Of a DNA stretch of 64,000 nt, positions 51,457 through 64,000 are shown piece after piece (the first letter of the stretch is position 1; the number at the start of each line of letters is the position of its first letter). The position numbers were made by a program, and so were the translations under genes. The stretch is from Blepharisma stoltei ATCC 30299 (lineage: Eukaryota > Protista > Ciliophora). A model generated the notes under the pieces. That model saw only the letters and a program-made list of their open reading frames with translations. It was not told the origin of the DNA and made no database searches. Location: the NCBI GenBank assembly GCA_965603825.1, contig CBFDEM010000058.1:62001-126000 (forward strand), in the 5' to 3' direction.

Positions 51457-53133
51457 ATGAGCAAGTACAAACCAAACTTGAGACTTAATTTAAGCCTCGA
51501 CAAGAAAGAATATAAAAGTTCTGGATTAACTAAAAAGAGCTCAGCCCATTCTACACCAAGAAGACCACTAGAAACATCTAATAAGCCAATCCAAAAATCA
51601 GTCAAAAATAAGCCAAATGTCCCTATCCTCGCACTTGAAAACTTCCAGAGTGAGTTTAATAGTATCAATGCCTTATTAACGACATCAAGAGCTCGCTCAT
51701 CATCTAAAAATATAGCAAGCGAAAACATTTCATTAAATGCCACTAGCACATCAAAACCTGGAAATATCGTGAACTCTGCTTTACTAGCACCTAAATCCTT
51801 TAATCAGTCTCCAAGGCTTCCTACAAAAGCTTCTGAAATCGCTTCAAGTATTTCTAAAGAAAACATTGACCAGAATTTTCAAAATTTTAAACCCCCACTT
51901 TCGGCGGGTACAGTACTTAAAAATTTAAAAAATAGCTTAACTGAGTATGAGCAAGGCGAAATTTTAGCATATGAAGAAATTTATTTTATTGGCAGTATTG
52001 CTAGCAAACTGAATTACAGTGAAGCTAATTATTCATATGATGATGAAAAAGGAGACTACAAAGCAAAAATTGGCGATCAAATGCATTACCGCTATGAAAT
52101 CGTCCAAAAAATAGGAAAAGGATCTTTTGGGCAAGTTTTCAAAGTATATGATCACAAAGATAAACAATACGCAGCGCTGAAAGTAATTAAAAACAAAAAA
52201 AGGTTCCATCAGCAAGGCTTTGTAGAGGTAAAAGTTTTAAAAACCTTAAAGCAAAACGACCCCCAAAATAAATATAACGTCGTCCACATGCTCGAAAGCT
52301 TTATATTTAGAAAACATTTATGCATAGTCTTTGAACTTTTAAGCACAAACCTCTACGATTTCATGAAAAGTAATCACTTTCACGGTCTTTCTGTCCCATT
52401 AATCAGAAAATTTGCTTTCCAAATGCTGCAATGTTTAAAGCTTTCTAAAAGGCTCAATATAATCCATTGTGATTTAAAGCCAGAAAACGTGCTACTTAAA
52501 CAAAGCAATAGGTCAAGCATAAAAGTCATTGATTTTGGCTCAGCTTGTTTTGAGGAACAGAAATTGTATACATATATACAAAGCAGGTTTTATAGGGCGC
52601 CTGAAATAATATTAGGGATTCCGTATAGTCCTGCAATTGATATGTGAAGCTTAGGCTGCATTTTAGTGGAGCTTTATACAGGGTATCCTCTTTTTCCAGG
52701 AGAAAATGAGAATGATCAGCTGCAATGTATGATGGAATTAAAAGGGTTACCTCCTTATCAAGTTTTGCAAAGAGCTTCGAGAGGGAAGGTATTTTTCCAT
52801 GCGTCTGGGAATCCTATTTTGCAAGCAAATTCTAGAGGAAAAATACGATATCCAGGAACCAAAGCTTTAAGTGAAATATTAAAAGGAACTGAGCTGAATT
52901 TCCAAATTTTCATAGAAAAATGCTTAGATTGAAATGCAAGCACCAGGATGACGCCTGAAGAAGCTTTAGCTGACCCTTGAATTCTTGATGGTCTCTCCCG
53001 GGTCCAAGCAGTTTCCACTCCACGAGCTGAAATAGCCCGTGCGAACTCAAACCGGGCGCTCCAAGCCCACTTTGAGCCTTCCAAATACGCCCAATCCACC
53101 CGTCACAGCAATCTTGGAAATTTTGCATTTTAA
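51457..53133 (+). CDS. DYRK (class 2-like) dual-specificity kinase
   Basis: DH box YDDEKGDY, GKGSFGQV, HCDLKPEN, DFGSAC, YTYIQSRFYRAPE, IDM(W)SLG; three TGA=Trp; TAA at 53131-33. Confidence 0.95.
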
Positions 53134-53177
53134 TAATATAAATTATTGCTTCTATCTTAAAGAAATCGAAGTTACTT

Positions 53178-53645
53178 TTACTTCTTCTTGGCGACACCAA
53201 CAGTTTTTCCTCTTCTTCCTGTCGTCTTTGTCTTTTGGCCTCTACATTTGACTCCCCACCAATGTCTTAGACCTCTATGCAGCATCATTTTCTTCATTCT
53301 TTCGAGATCTTCTCTCATCTTGGCGTCCAAAAAGTTAGCAACAATTTGTGAGTCAGTTCCAACAACAATATCTCTTCTTCTATTTAAAAACCAAGTCGGG
53401 ATATTGTATTCTGTAGGCTTGTTAATAATTGTGACGATTTTTTCAATTTCTTCTTCTGTTAATTGTCCAGCTCTTTTAGTAAGGTCAACTCCAGCTCTTT
53501 TGAGGATCAAATTGGAGAAGCGACGCCCAATTCCTTTGATTGCGGTTAAAGCGTACATTACTTTGCGACGTCCGTCGATGTTTGTGTTGAGAATACGCAA
53601 GATGAAGTTAAACTCACTTTCTTGAGTCACAACTAAGCTTGACAT
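53178..53645 (-). CDS. RPS18: 40S ribosomal protein S18 (uS13)
   Basis: [30 protein letters not shown]...[15 protein letters not shown]. Confidence 0.98.
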   Translation of the reverse strand: MSSLVVTQESEFNFILRILNTNIDGRRKVMYALTAIKGIGRRFSNLILKRAGVDLTKRAGQLTEEEIEKIVTIINKPTEYNIPTWFLNRRRDIVVGTDSQIVANFLDAKMREDLERMKKMMLHRGLRHWWGVKCRGQKTKTTGRRGKTVGVAKKK

Positions 53646-53939
53646 TCTGTGGCTTAAATATTATCAAAATGGAAGATATAAAACTAAAGCGGAAAGAAGG
53701 GAAATAGATAATTGTGTATAATGGTTCTGATAGAAATAACAAGATAATTGAGGAGAAATAAAGGAAGGAAAGAAAATTGAAAAAAATTTTATAAGTTTAG
53801 GAGAAAAAATAGTAAATAAATAGAGAGGAAGAAAAGGATAGCGGAGATAGTGATGATAAAGAGGAATAAAACGATTTTTGAATAGAAAATGCCTGATTAA
53901 AGTGTTAAAAAGCTAAAATAAACATGACAAGACTGAACT

Positions 53940-53983
53940 GACTGTTTGGCCGAGTGGTCTAAGGCGGTAGCTTTAGGCGCTAT

Positions 53984-54014
<31 letters not shown>

Positions 54015-54019
54015 AGTCA
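53940..54019 (+). tRNA. tRNA-Leu (anticodon TAG)
   Basis: Acceptor stem GACTGTT/AGCAGTC, D arm GCCGAGTGGTCTAAGGC, anticodon loop TT-TAG-GC, long variable arm, T loop TTCAAAT, then a T-run Pol III terminator. Confidence 0.96.
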
Positions 54020-54048
54020 TTTTTAAAAATTTAAAAGATTACTATTAA

Positions 54049-56724
54049 TTAGGCACACAGTTTCCTTAACACATATGGCAAAATTCCTCCATTCTTGAAA
54101 TACTCTACTTCTACATCTGTATCAATCCTCGCAATTACCTTAAATTCAGTCCCTTTATCAGTTTTAACAGTCAATTCTTCTTTTACCATAATGTCTCCTC
54201 CATTTAAATTAATTGTGAATTTTTCCTTTCCTGATAAGCCAAGCGACTCAGCGTTTTCTCCTTCTTTAAACTGTAAAGGCAAAACCCCCATCCCTACCAA
54301 ATTCGACCTATGTATCCTTTCATAACTTTCTGCAATCACTGCTCTGATACCTAATAAAAGTGTCCCTTTAGCAGCCCAGTCCCTCGAAGACCCGCTGCCG
54401 TATTCTTTTCCAGCCAAAATTACCAAATTTTCATTATTTTTTCTATATTCTTCACTGACGTCAAAAACTGACATTTCTTGGCCTGATGGAAAATGAATGG
54501 TGCTTGGGCCAGGTTTTTCGACAAGCTGATTAATAAGCCTTATATTGGCAAAAGTCCCTCGTTTCATTATTTCGTCATTTCCTCTTCTAGCGCCATAAGT
54601 ATTAAAATCAGGCTGTGAAACCCCTTTTTCTTGTAAAAACCTAGCTGCTGGAGAAGTTTTTCCGATATTCCCAGCAGGGGAAATGTGGTCAGTAGTAATA
54701 GAGTCTCCTAGTTTTAATAAACAATAAGCCTCAGTTATATCAGGGATTGCAGGCAGCTCACGGGTTAAGTTTTGGAAATACGGCGGGTTATGGATATAAG
54801 TGTTATCAGTCCAATTGTACATTTCACCAGTCGGTGCTTGCAGCTGGTTCCATTTTTCAGTGCCTTGTGCAATTTTTCCATATATTTCTTTAAACATTTG
54901 TGGCTTTATAACGGTATTTGTCAAGGCTTGCATATCTTTTCGGCTTGGCCATACGTCTCTTAAAAATACATCAGTCCCATTTACAGTGCCCAGGGGTTCT
55001 TTTTCAAAATCAATGTCCATTCTTCCAGCCAGGGCATATGCGACTACTAGTGGTGGAGAGGCTAAATAATTAGCCCGAGTAAAAGGATTGACCCTGCCTT
55101 CAAAATTTCTGTTTCCTGATAAGACAGCTGCAGCTACTAAATCGCCTTTTGTAATAGCGTCTATAACTTCTTCGTCTAAATCCCCACTGTTGCCAATACA
55201 AGTCATACACCCGTATCCTGCATGGTAAAATCCGAGCTCATTTAAATAAGGCTGGACACCTGCAGCTTCAAGGTATTTACTGACGACGCCTGAGCCTGGG
55301 GAAAGGCTGGTTTTTATATATGGTTTTACTTTTAAGCCTTTTTCGACTGCATTTTTAGCTAGAACTCCGGCGGCTAACATAACGTCAGGGTTAGAGGTAT
55401 TTGTACAAGACGTGATGGCTGCTATGACGACTGAGCCGTTATTTATGGTATATTCGTGGCCTTTGTAGGTAAAATTTTGAGGATTTGAGGCAGATTTTAA
55501 GCCGAAACCTTTAAAACTGACAGGGCTGGTTAAGCAAGATTTGAAGTTCTGTTTGGCAAGAGAGAGTGGGACTTTGTCTTGTGGCCGCTTTGGTCCTGCA
55601 ATACAAGGCTGGACTTCAGAGAGATCTAATTCCATGATATCTGAATATTTAGGATCTTTTCCGGTATAGTCTCTAAAAAGTCCTTGGGCTTTTAAATACG
55701 CACTGATATATTGGATTTTTTCTGGGTCTCGGCCAGTTTGTTCTAAATATTTCAAAGTTTGGTCATCTGCAGGGAAAAATCCCATGGTAGCTCCATATTC
55801 AGGAGCCATATTAGCGACTGTCGCTTTGTCAGCTAAACTTAGCTTTCTGCAGCCTTCTCCAAAGAACTCCACAAATTTACCGACCACGCCTTTTTTCCTT
55901 AACATTTGTGTAATTGTAAGAACTAAATCGGTTGAAGTAGCTTCTTCAGGTAATTTTCCAGTCAGCTTGAAGCCGATAACTTGAGGCAAAACCATTGATA
56001 TTGGCTGCCCTAACATGACAGCTTCAGCTTCAATGCCTCCAACTCCCCATCCGACGATTCCTAATCCATTTATCATCGTAGTATGACTATCAGTTCCAAC
56101 CAATGAATCTGGATACAAAATTCCATCATCATTAAAAACTCCTCTTGCCAAATACTCCAAATTGACTTGATGCACAATTCCAGACCCCGGTGGCACAATC
56201 TGCAGGTTTTTAAATGCATTCTGCCCCCATTTCAAGAATTCAAACCTATCCCGATTCCTCCTAAACTCCATTTCTTCATTTATCCTCAATGCTTCTGCCG
56301 ATCTGCTCGCATCTACCTGTACAGAGTGATCAATTACCAAATCAACAGGACACAGTGGGTTAATCAGCCCAGGCTCTTTGCCTAATTTTACAGTGGCATC
56401 CCTCATAGCTGCAAGATCTACAACAGCTGGGACTCCTGTGAAATCTTGTAAAACAACTCGGGCAGGCTTAAAAGGAATTTCCACATCTTGTTTGCTTTTA
56501 TTGGTCCAATCCAGAATATTCTCTACGTCTGACCCTTTAATTGAAAATTCATCACAATTTCGAACAGAAGATTCTAATAGAACGCGGATGCAGTAGGGGA
56601 GTTCGAGAAGGCGAGAATCTTGTAAAGCGGTTAAGGAGAAGTATTGAAAACGTGTAGGAAGGTTGAGGTCTTGAAGAACGTGCTTGAAAGGGTTTTTTGA
56701 CAAAGAAGAAATCCTTCGCAGCAT
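54049..56724 (-). CDS. aconitate hydratase (AcnA/IRP1 type) with mitochondrial-like presequence
   Basis: [78 protein letters not shown]; N-terminus [10 protein letters not shown]. Confidence 0.97.
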   Translation of the reverse strand: MLRRISSLSKNPFKHVLQDLNLPTRFQYFSLTALQDSRLLELPYCIRVLLESSVRNCDEFSIKGSDVENILDWTNKSKQDVEIPFKPARVVLQDFTGVPAVVDLAAMRDATVKLGKEPGLINPLCPVDLVIDHSVQVDASRSAEALRINEEMEFRRNRDRFEFLKWGQNAFKNLQIVPPGSGIVHQVNLEYLARGVFNDDGILYPDSLVGTDSHTTMINGLGIVGWGVGGIEAEAVMLGQPISMVLPQVIGFKLTGKLPEEATSTDLVLTITQMLRKKGVVGKFVEFFGEGCRKLSLADKATVANMAPEYGATMGFFPADDQTLKYLEQTGRDPEKIQYISAYLKAQGLFRDYTGKDPKYSDIMELDLSEVQPCIAGPKRPQDKVPLSLAKQNFKSCLTSPVSFKGFGLKSASNPQNFTYKGHEYTINNGSVVIAAITSCTNTSNPDVMLAAGVLAKNAVEKGLKVKPYIKTSLSPGSGVVSKYLEAAGVQPYLNELGFYHAGYGCMTCIGNSGDLDEEVIDAITKGDLVAAAVLSGNRNFEGRVNPFTRANYLASPPLVVAYALAGRMDIDFEKEPLGTVNGTDVFLRDVWPSRKDMQALTNTVIKPQMFKEIYGKIAQGTEKWNQLQAPTGEMYNWTDNTYIHNPPYFQNLTRELPAIPDITEAYCLLKLGDSITTDHISPAGNIGKTSPAARFLQEKGVSQPDFNTYGARRGNDEIMKRGTFANIRLINQLVEKPGPSTIHFPSGQEMSVFDVSEEYRKNNENLVILAGKEYGSGSSRDWAAKGTLLLGIRAVIAESYERIHRSNLVGMGVLPLQFKEGENAESLGLSGKEKFTINLNGGDIMVKEELTVKTDKGTEFKVIARIDTDVEVEYFKNGGILPYVLRKLCA

Positions 56725-56911
56725 TAATTATGGAGCAATTAAATCAGAAGTAATTTAAGAAGGAATGGAGATGATAATAAGTGTACTGGTATTAGGGATA
56801 AATATAAACAGAAGATTTCTATTATATAGGAAAAAGAAGTAAAGTAAAAAGAGAATTTTTTATGATTTAGCCTAATTTTTAGTTATTAACATCTTAGTTC
56901 TTATAATTTCT

Positions 56912-59900
56912 TTATTCTTCCTCAATTCCTTTAATTGATTCCGGTTTAGGTCTCTTTGTTTTCACATCTGTGTCAATCAAAGACTTTCTTTTTAGGTTTA
57001 TCTCAACTAGCCCCATCTCTTGTTCAATTTGTTTTTCTTCTTCATTGATTGGACCTACAATGCTTTCTAACAATTCATCTAAATCCGCTTCATTTTTGCA
57101 ATTTTTAAGCTGTATTTTGTTTAATTTCAAAGCATTTCTTATCTCTATAGCATCGTGAATTCTGTGTACACGAAACATTATTTTGAGGTTCCAATTTGGA
57201 TAGCCCTCCATTTTATAAAATACCATCACTCTAACAACTATGTGAGTATAATAGCTACAATAACTATTAGTTTCATACATATTTAATGCATCGTCCATAT
57301 ATCCTTTTTCATAAATTTGAATGAGAGCATTGAAAGTTGTTTTTTCTACTTCATAAGTTGTTGTGCTAATTAACTTTTTGTGTTCGTGTACGACTATGCA
57401 TGCACTCCTATTTCTGATTGGAAGATATATCGCTTCTGAGTTCTCTTTATTAATGACCTTGCTTAATAGTGTATGCCTTGGCTCTTCTGCATGTGGAATC
57501 CCCGTAATAAGGCTATGTCACTCTATCAGAATTTGAAAATCAATTTCATAATGATCATCATTATCAAAATAATTCAAAATTTCATTTTTTATTATCGATG
57601 CATATCTCTCTGATTTTTCAAGATTTTCGTTTAGACCACTTATCAATTCGCTTAGTTCAAAATCAGGGATTTTATTTTCCAGATTCCCAAGTCAACTTTC
57701 TATGAGAATATGAAAAACGAATTTTTTGACTTCTCTATTGGGCATGACATAAATTCTTTGTTTGTTTATTGATTCTGAATAAACTATGCGCCTTTCAGTG
57801 TTCTCTTTTTTTGACTTATGAAGGGGAGTCAAGTATCCTGAATGGAGTAGGAGTGCAAAAAACTGTTTTTTATTATTTGAAACTCTTGCTATATTAACTC
57901 TAGTTGGTAATTCGCTTTCTAAAGTTAAATATCCTGTTCTTAGTAATTCAGACAATTCTACTTTGCAAGTGAAATTTTTAAGCAAACGCTTAAGCTCATA
58001 ATCGTTTCCTCTATCAATCCAATAATCTCTAAATATGTTTTCTTCTCCAGATTGAGCTGCAAAAAAGCAATTCATAATTGACCAGGGATTGTAAATTTTG
58101 AGTCCTCCACTGCTATAGCCGTCATATCATGAAGCTATTTGCCTTTTATTTAGTTCCAAATCCTCTTCTGTATTTCAAACTGATGCTTCTCTTAAAATTT
58201 TATCAACTTCACTCTCTGTAAAGCCATAATACTCTGAAAAATATCGATCCACAACACTATTTACCATAAGATTATTCAGGCTAGGCAAATCCCATGTTAA
58301 AACTCCAGTAATAATTGCCTTTTCAACATAATCAGCATTGTATTGTATTCAGTAGGTAAGCATATTGTCCATAATTTGCACAATTGTATCATAGCTGTCC
58401 TTAGAGAATGAACAATTTAATGGACGATCATACTCATCTATTAATATAAAAACTTTTTTTTGATGAAATTTATAAAGCACTTTACTTAGAAATTGTATTG
58501 ATACAAGAAGCTCTGAATTTGGATCATTATTGTAGAACTTATAAAACATTTCTATTTCTTTCGCTAGCTGTTTGTCATAATTTTCTGCTAGGCGCCTTTT
58601 TAGTTCATTAACAACATATTCGTGCTCCTTGAATGCATAGCTAATAGCACTGCCAAAACATTCATGTATTTCTTCTTCAATATTTTCATATATTTCACAT
58701 TCCAAAAAACTAAGAAAAATGACAGGATATTTTCTGGCATGATTTTCTATATATTTCCCATTGTCTACAGTTGCAATTGCTAGCTTCTGAGAATCAGAAC
58801 TATTTGAAAGACCATTGATAATTGATTTTCTTTCCTCTGTGAACAAAGCCTTTTTCATTGAGTTTATTCTTTCATCTTTTTCATCACTCAAAAATGTCTT
58901 TAGCATGTCTATATTTAAGCTTTTACCCCATCCTCGAGGTCTAGTGATCAGAATAGCATAATCTGTATCATCTAAGACTTTTTTTATAAATAGTGTCTTA
59001 TCTACATAAACTATTTCATCTCTTATGATATCTTCAAATGAAAATGTTGAACAAGCGAATTCTCAATTTTTCTTTATTTTAATGTTTGAGTCTTGTTTGG
59101 AAGTGTCTATAATTTGGCATGAAAAAGGCTTTCTTGGTGTTATATCCAAGCTGTCGCTTGAGGTATTCATAATTTTAGTTCAAAATTCTAATTGATATGC
59201 TATTGTATTAGTGACATCACACACTTTATTTGTGTTTGCCTCTCACTTGGAAATATCCTCATTTAAAGTTTGGAGTACAAGCAATTTTTGATCTTCCATT
59301 CAAGCTTGTCGGTTTGATCGATCTGGAGGTAAATCAATTCTGCTTAACTCTATCCGCTTTTCTTTGAAGTACTTCTGCATTTCATAGAATGTATAATTCC
59401 ATGATGGCATTAATCTGAGAAAATCCTCATTTTTAAAAAGTATAATTAGAATTGCTCTAAACAAAGCCCACCAGCCCCCTTTATTTTGATGCACACTGTC
59501 CATATTTGAAAGATCTTCTTGTGCAACAATTTGAAAAGGCTTTAGCATCCCTCCAATAATGTTTTCCTTGTTTTCTTCAATCTCATTAGCTTTCAATTTA
59601 TTTTTAAATAAGAATTCAATGAGAGGTGGGAGTTTGAGATGCTCGTGCTTCGAATTTCTATAATATATTTTTGGCGGGACACGGTCTTGGCTTGGCAAAA
59701 TTACAAGCAAGTCCCAACTGCCTTCAAAGTGGTTTTTGTACACAGAGACAATTGAGTTCATTCGGCCATCCGACTGGCCTAGTAAGTTTTCAATTCTTTT
59801 TACATATAATAACTGGGAATCTTCACTGCCAGATTCAAAAGGGGACTTCCCAAAAAATCTCTCCATCAAAATTGAAACTTGATTACTCGGATATAGTCAC

Positions 59901-60010
59901 CCCAAAATTTTGTAAATGCTGAAATCTGAGATTTCTTGTACTTCTCCTTCAGGTTTTAAAAAATTGGCAAAAATTATCCGACCGATTAACTCTTTATCAC
60001 TTAAACCCAT
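56912..60010 (-). CDS. AAA-ATPase-like + PD-(D/E)XK-like protein, intact copy D, ~1032 aa
   Basis: ATG at 60010; all gaps between track ORFs stay in frame with only TGA. YVDKTLF, ITRPRGWGKS, ILIDEYD, (W)YDGY..IYNPWS, LLHSGYLT, VHEHKK..ALIQIYEKGY. Confidence 0.88.
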
Positions 60011-60243
60011 TTTTAATATTATCTATTTAAAATATGAAACTTTTTACGAATGCATAAGTGTTAGATTTTGTATAATGAAGCTTGGAAATTTATATAATTA
60101 TACCCAAAATTAAATGCCTTCTTGATGCTTTAAATTTAACTTAAATTCAAAATTACTGACTTAATTTTTTTAAATATTACTGTATTATAAAGCTTTCATT
60201 CAATTCTATTTAATAAATCAAGCAATAATTATTATAGATTTAT

Positions 60244-60720
60244 ATGAGCAGCAATTTTGACACTGACCAAGCTTTTGAAGTCATGAAATGATTAAAAGGC
60301 GAAGATGATGGAGTCCAGAGATATGAGGAATGCCTTTTGCGAATGCAGAATAATGATTTATCATTGGCAGTGTTTAGCTGAAAAAATGAAAAAAGATCGC
60401 AGGGTTTTTACAGGAAGATTTAGATGTCCAAAGTCGATAACTTTGATTTAATTGATAATAGTGATGACTTATGAAAGGAAAGATGTGAGATTAGGTTAAA
60501 AACCTCTAGCATTAGGCATTAACTATGAAATTATACCTAGAAAGGCATGGAAATATTTATCTGAGAAATATGGTTGTAAAGAAAGATCAGAAATTTCCAG
60601 AAAAAACATAGAAATCTCAGGTTCTAAAATGCAAGTAGAAATTAGGTATAAACCTATTAAAACTATAGTGTGAAGAGGAAATAATTGGAAACTGATAGGC
60701 CAACATATATCAAAAATTTT
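60244..60720 (+). pseudogene. frameshifted DUSP-domain (USP4/15-type deubiquitinase N-terminus) remnant
   Basis: Fragments KVDNFDLID..IRLK and LALGINYEIIPRKAWKYLSEKYG..EISRKNIE..QVEIRY match the DUSP pattern; frameshifts, no catalytic domain. Confidence 0.6.
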
Positions 60721-60786
60721 TTTGGCGCGCCCTACTAACTCAAAAATATTAAAATCTTAGATGCTAATGGCCATCTTTTAATTACT

Positions 60787-63700
60787 TTATTCTTCCTCAA
60801 TTCCTTTAATTGATTCCGGTTTAGGTCCCTTTGTTTTCACATCTGTGTCAATCAAAGACTTTCTTTTTAGGTTTATCTCAACTAGCCCCATCTCTTGTTC
60901 AATTTGTTTTTCTTCTTCATTGATTGGACCTACAATGCTTTCTAACAATTCGTCTAAATCCACTTCATTTTTGCAATTTTTAAGCTATATTTTATTAAAT
61001 TTCAAAGCATTTCTTATTTTTATAGCATCGTGAAATTTGTGTACACGAAACATTACTTTGAGGTTCCAATTTGGATAGCCCTCCATTTTATAAAATACCA
61101 TCGCTCTAACAACTATGTGAGTATAATAACTAAAATAACTATTAGTTTCATACATATATAATGCTTCGTCCATATATCTTTTTTCATAAATTTGAATGAG
61201 AGCATTGAAAGTTGTTTTTTCTACCATATAAGTGGTTCTGCTACTTAACTCTATATATTCGTGTACGACTATGCATGTACTCCTATTTCTGATTGGAAGA
61301 TATATCGCTTCTGAGTTCTCTTTATTAATGACCTCTTTTCATAGTGTATGCCTTGGCTGTCCTGCACGTGAAATTCCAGTAATAAGGAAATGCCACTCTA
61401 TCAGAGTTTGAAAATCAATTTCATAATGATCATCATTTTCAAAATAATTCAAAATTTCATTTTTTATTATTGATGCATATCTCTCTGATTTTTCAAGATT
61501 TTCGTTTAGACCACTTATCAATTCCCTTAGTTTCAAACCAGGGATTTTATTTCCTAGATTCTCAAGTCAATTTTCTATGAGAGTATCAAAAACGAATTTT
61601 TTGACTTCTATATTGGGCATGACATAAATTCATTCGTTTATTGATTCTCAAAGAGAAATGTACCTTTCAGTGTTCTCATTTTTTTGGCTTATGAAGGAGA
61701 GTCAAGTATCCTAAATGGAGGAGGAGTGCAAAAAACTGTTTTTTATTATTTGAAACTCTTGTTATATTTACTGCAGTCGGCAATTCGCTTTCTAAAGCTA
61801 TATATCCTTTTCTTAGTAACTCATACAATTGATTTTCGCAATTGAAATTTTTAAGTTCATAATCGCTTTCTCTATCAATCCAATAATCTCTATATATGTT
61901 TTCTTCTCCAGATTGAGCTGCAAAAAAGCAATTCATAATTGACCAGGGATTGTAAATGCTGAGTTCTCCACTTCTATAGCCGTCATATCAAGAAGCTATT
62001 TGCCTTTTATTTAGTTCAAAATCCTCTTCTGTATTTCAAACTGAGGCTTCTCTTAAAATTTTATCAACTTCACTCTCTGTAAAGCCATAATACTCTGAAA
62101 ACTGTTGATCCACAACACTATTTACCATAAAATTATTTAGACAAGGCAAACCGCATTTTAAAACTCCAGTAATAATTGTTTTTTCAACATAATCAGCATT
62201 GTCTTTTATTCAGTAGGTAAGTATACTGTCCATAGTTTGCACAATTGTATCATAGCTATCCTTGGAAAATAAACAATTTAATGGACGATCATACTCATCT
62301 ATTAATAGAAAAATTTTTTTTTGATGAAATTTATAAAGCACTTCACTTAGAAATTGTATCGATGTAAGAAGCTCTGAATTTGGATCATTATTGTAGAACT
62401 AATAAAACATTTCTATTTCTTTCGCTAGCTGTTCATCATAATTTTCTGCTAGGCGCCTTTTTAGTTCATTAACAACATATTCGTGCTCCTTGAATGCATC
62501 GCTAATGGCACTGCCGAAACATTCATGTATTGCTTCTCCAATATTTTCTTTGATTTCACATTCCAAAAAACTAAGAAAAATTACAGGATATTTTCTGGCA
62601 TGATTTTCTATATATTTCCCATTGTCTACAGTTGCAATTGCTAGCTTCTGAGAATCTGAACTATTTGAAAGACCATTGATAATTGATTTTCTTTCCTCTG
62701 TGAACAAAGCCTTTTTCATTGAGTTTATTCTTTCATCTTTTTCATCACTTAAAAATGTCCTAAGCATGTTTATATTTAGGCTTTTGCCCATCCTCGAGGT
62801 CTAGTGATCAGAATAGCATAATTCGTATCATCTAAGACTTCTTTTATAAATAGCGTCTTATCTACGTAAACATTTTCATCTCTTATGAGATCTTCAAATG
62901 AAAGTGCTGAATAAGCGAATTCTCAATTTTTCTTTATTTTAATGTCTGAGTTTTGTATGAGAGTGCATATTTCGTAGCATGAAAGAAGTTTTCTTGGTAT
63001 TATTATAAAGCTGTCGCTTGAGGTATTCATAATTTTTGATCAAAATTCTAATCGATTTGCAATTGCATTAGTGGCATCACACGCTTTATTTGTGTTTGCC
63101 TCTCACTTGGAAATATCCTCATTTAAAGTTTGGAGTACAAACAATTTTTGGTCTTCTACTCAAGCTTGTCGGTTTGATCGATCTGGAGGTAAATCAATTT
63201 TGTTTAACTCTATCCGCTTTTCTTTGAAATACTTCTGCATTTCATAGAATGTATAATTCCATGATGGCATTAATCTGAGAAAATCCTCACTTTTGAAAAG
63301 TATTATTACAACTGCTCTAAACAAAGCCCACCAGCCCCCTTATTTTGATCCACACTGTCCATATTTGTAACGTTTTTAAAAGGCTTTAGCATCCCTCCAA
63401 TAATGTTTTCCTTGTTTTCTTCGATCTCATTAGTTTTCAACTTGTTTTTAAATAAGAATTCAATGAGAAGTGGGAGTTTAAGATGTTCGTGCTTCGAATT
63501 TCTATAATATATTTGACTTGGCAAAATTACAACGATGTCCCAACTGCCTTCAGATTGGTTTTTGTACACAGAGACAATTGGTTTCATTCGGCTATTTGGC
63601 TGGTATAGCAAGTTTTCAATTCTTTTTACATATAATAACTGGGAATCTTCACTACCAGATTCAAAAGGGGACTTCCCAAAAAATCTCTCCATCACAATTG

Positions 63701-63836
63701 AAACTTGATTATTCGGATATAGTCTCTCCAAAGTCTTGTAAATACTGAAATCGGAGATTTCTTGCACTTTTCCGCAAGCTTTTGAAAAATTGGCAAAAGC
63801 TATCCGACGTATTAGCTCTTTATCACTTAAATCCAT
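60787..63836 (-). pseudogene. AAA-nuclease family copy E, near-full-length pseudogene closely related to copy D
   Basis: Collinear with copy D; 1-nt deletion near 63340, TAG at 62399-401, further frameshifts near 62320, 61680 and 61340. Confidence 0.92.
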
Positions 63837-64000
63837 TTTTAATATTATTTATTTAAAATATGAAACATTTTACAGAATGCATAAATAAGTGTTAAATTTT
63901 ATAAAATAAAGCTTGGGAATTTTATATCAATGCCTTCTCGATGCTTTGAATTTTAACGAAAGTTCAAAATATTGACTTAAATTTTTGAAATATTACTATA

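Noticed and set aside
2064-53133. Many genes apparently broken into several ORFs (pseudogenes?)
   Set aside because: The breaks are in-frame TGA at conserved Trp sites or 15-nt introns; the genes are intact
53188-53625. Antisense ORF over RPS18, and similar shadow ORFs over POLD1, aconitase and VDAC
   Set aside because: Shadow frames of real genes, with no motifs
53940-54019. tRNA containing TAG as a stop suppressor
   Set aside because: Anticodon UAG reads the Leu codon CUA; an ordinary tRNA-Leu

Overview
AT-rich, gene-dense eukaryotic DNA, almost certainly from a heterotrich ciliate (Blepharisma-like). In-frame TGA falls repeatedly at invariant Trp positions, TAA/TAG are the stops, and about 19 spliceosomal introns are exactly 15 nt with an invariant A at position 10. 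The standard-code ORF track therefore fragments most genes. Read with UGA=Trp and the tiny introns removed, the window holds about 25 ordinary genes: cyclin, TTLL3/8-type glycylase fused to IQ repeats, PRP6, V-ATPase G, two RING ligases, VDAC, two MYBs, two OSCA/TMEM63-like channels, Phe hydroxylase, POLD1, CDPK, a PH protein, alpha-carbonic anhydrase, two PP2Cs, an ATG13-like protein, DYRK, RPS18, aconitase and tRNA-Leu. The standout accessory element is a family of intronless ~1,030-aa genes with three parts: an N-terminal domain that looks like a catalytically dead Ulp1/CE-clan protease (inference), a bacterial-type AAA-ATPase-like domain, and a PD-(D/E)XK nuclease with a basic tail. The family sits in two oppositely oriented clusters (20.2-29.7 kb and 56.9-63.9 kb), each with one intact copy plus decayed copies. 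One decayed copy is interrupted by piggyBac and non-LTR retroelement remnants. The architecture resembles selfish or effector toxin modules. No database searches were run; all family calls come from motif recognition.
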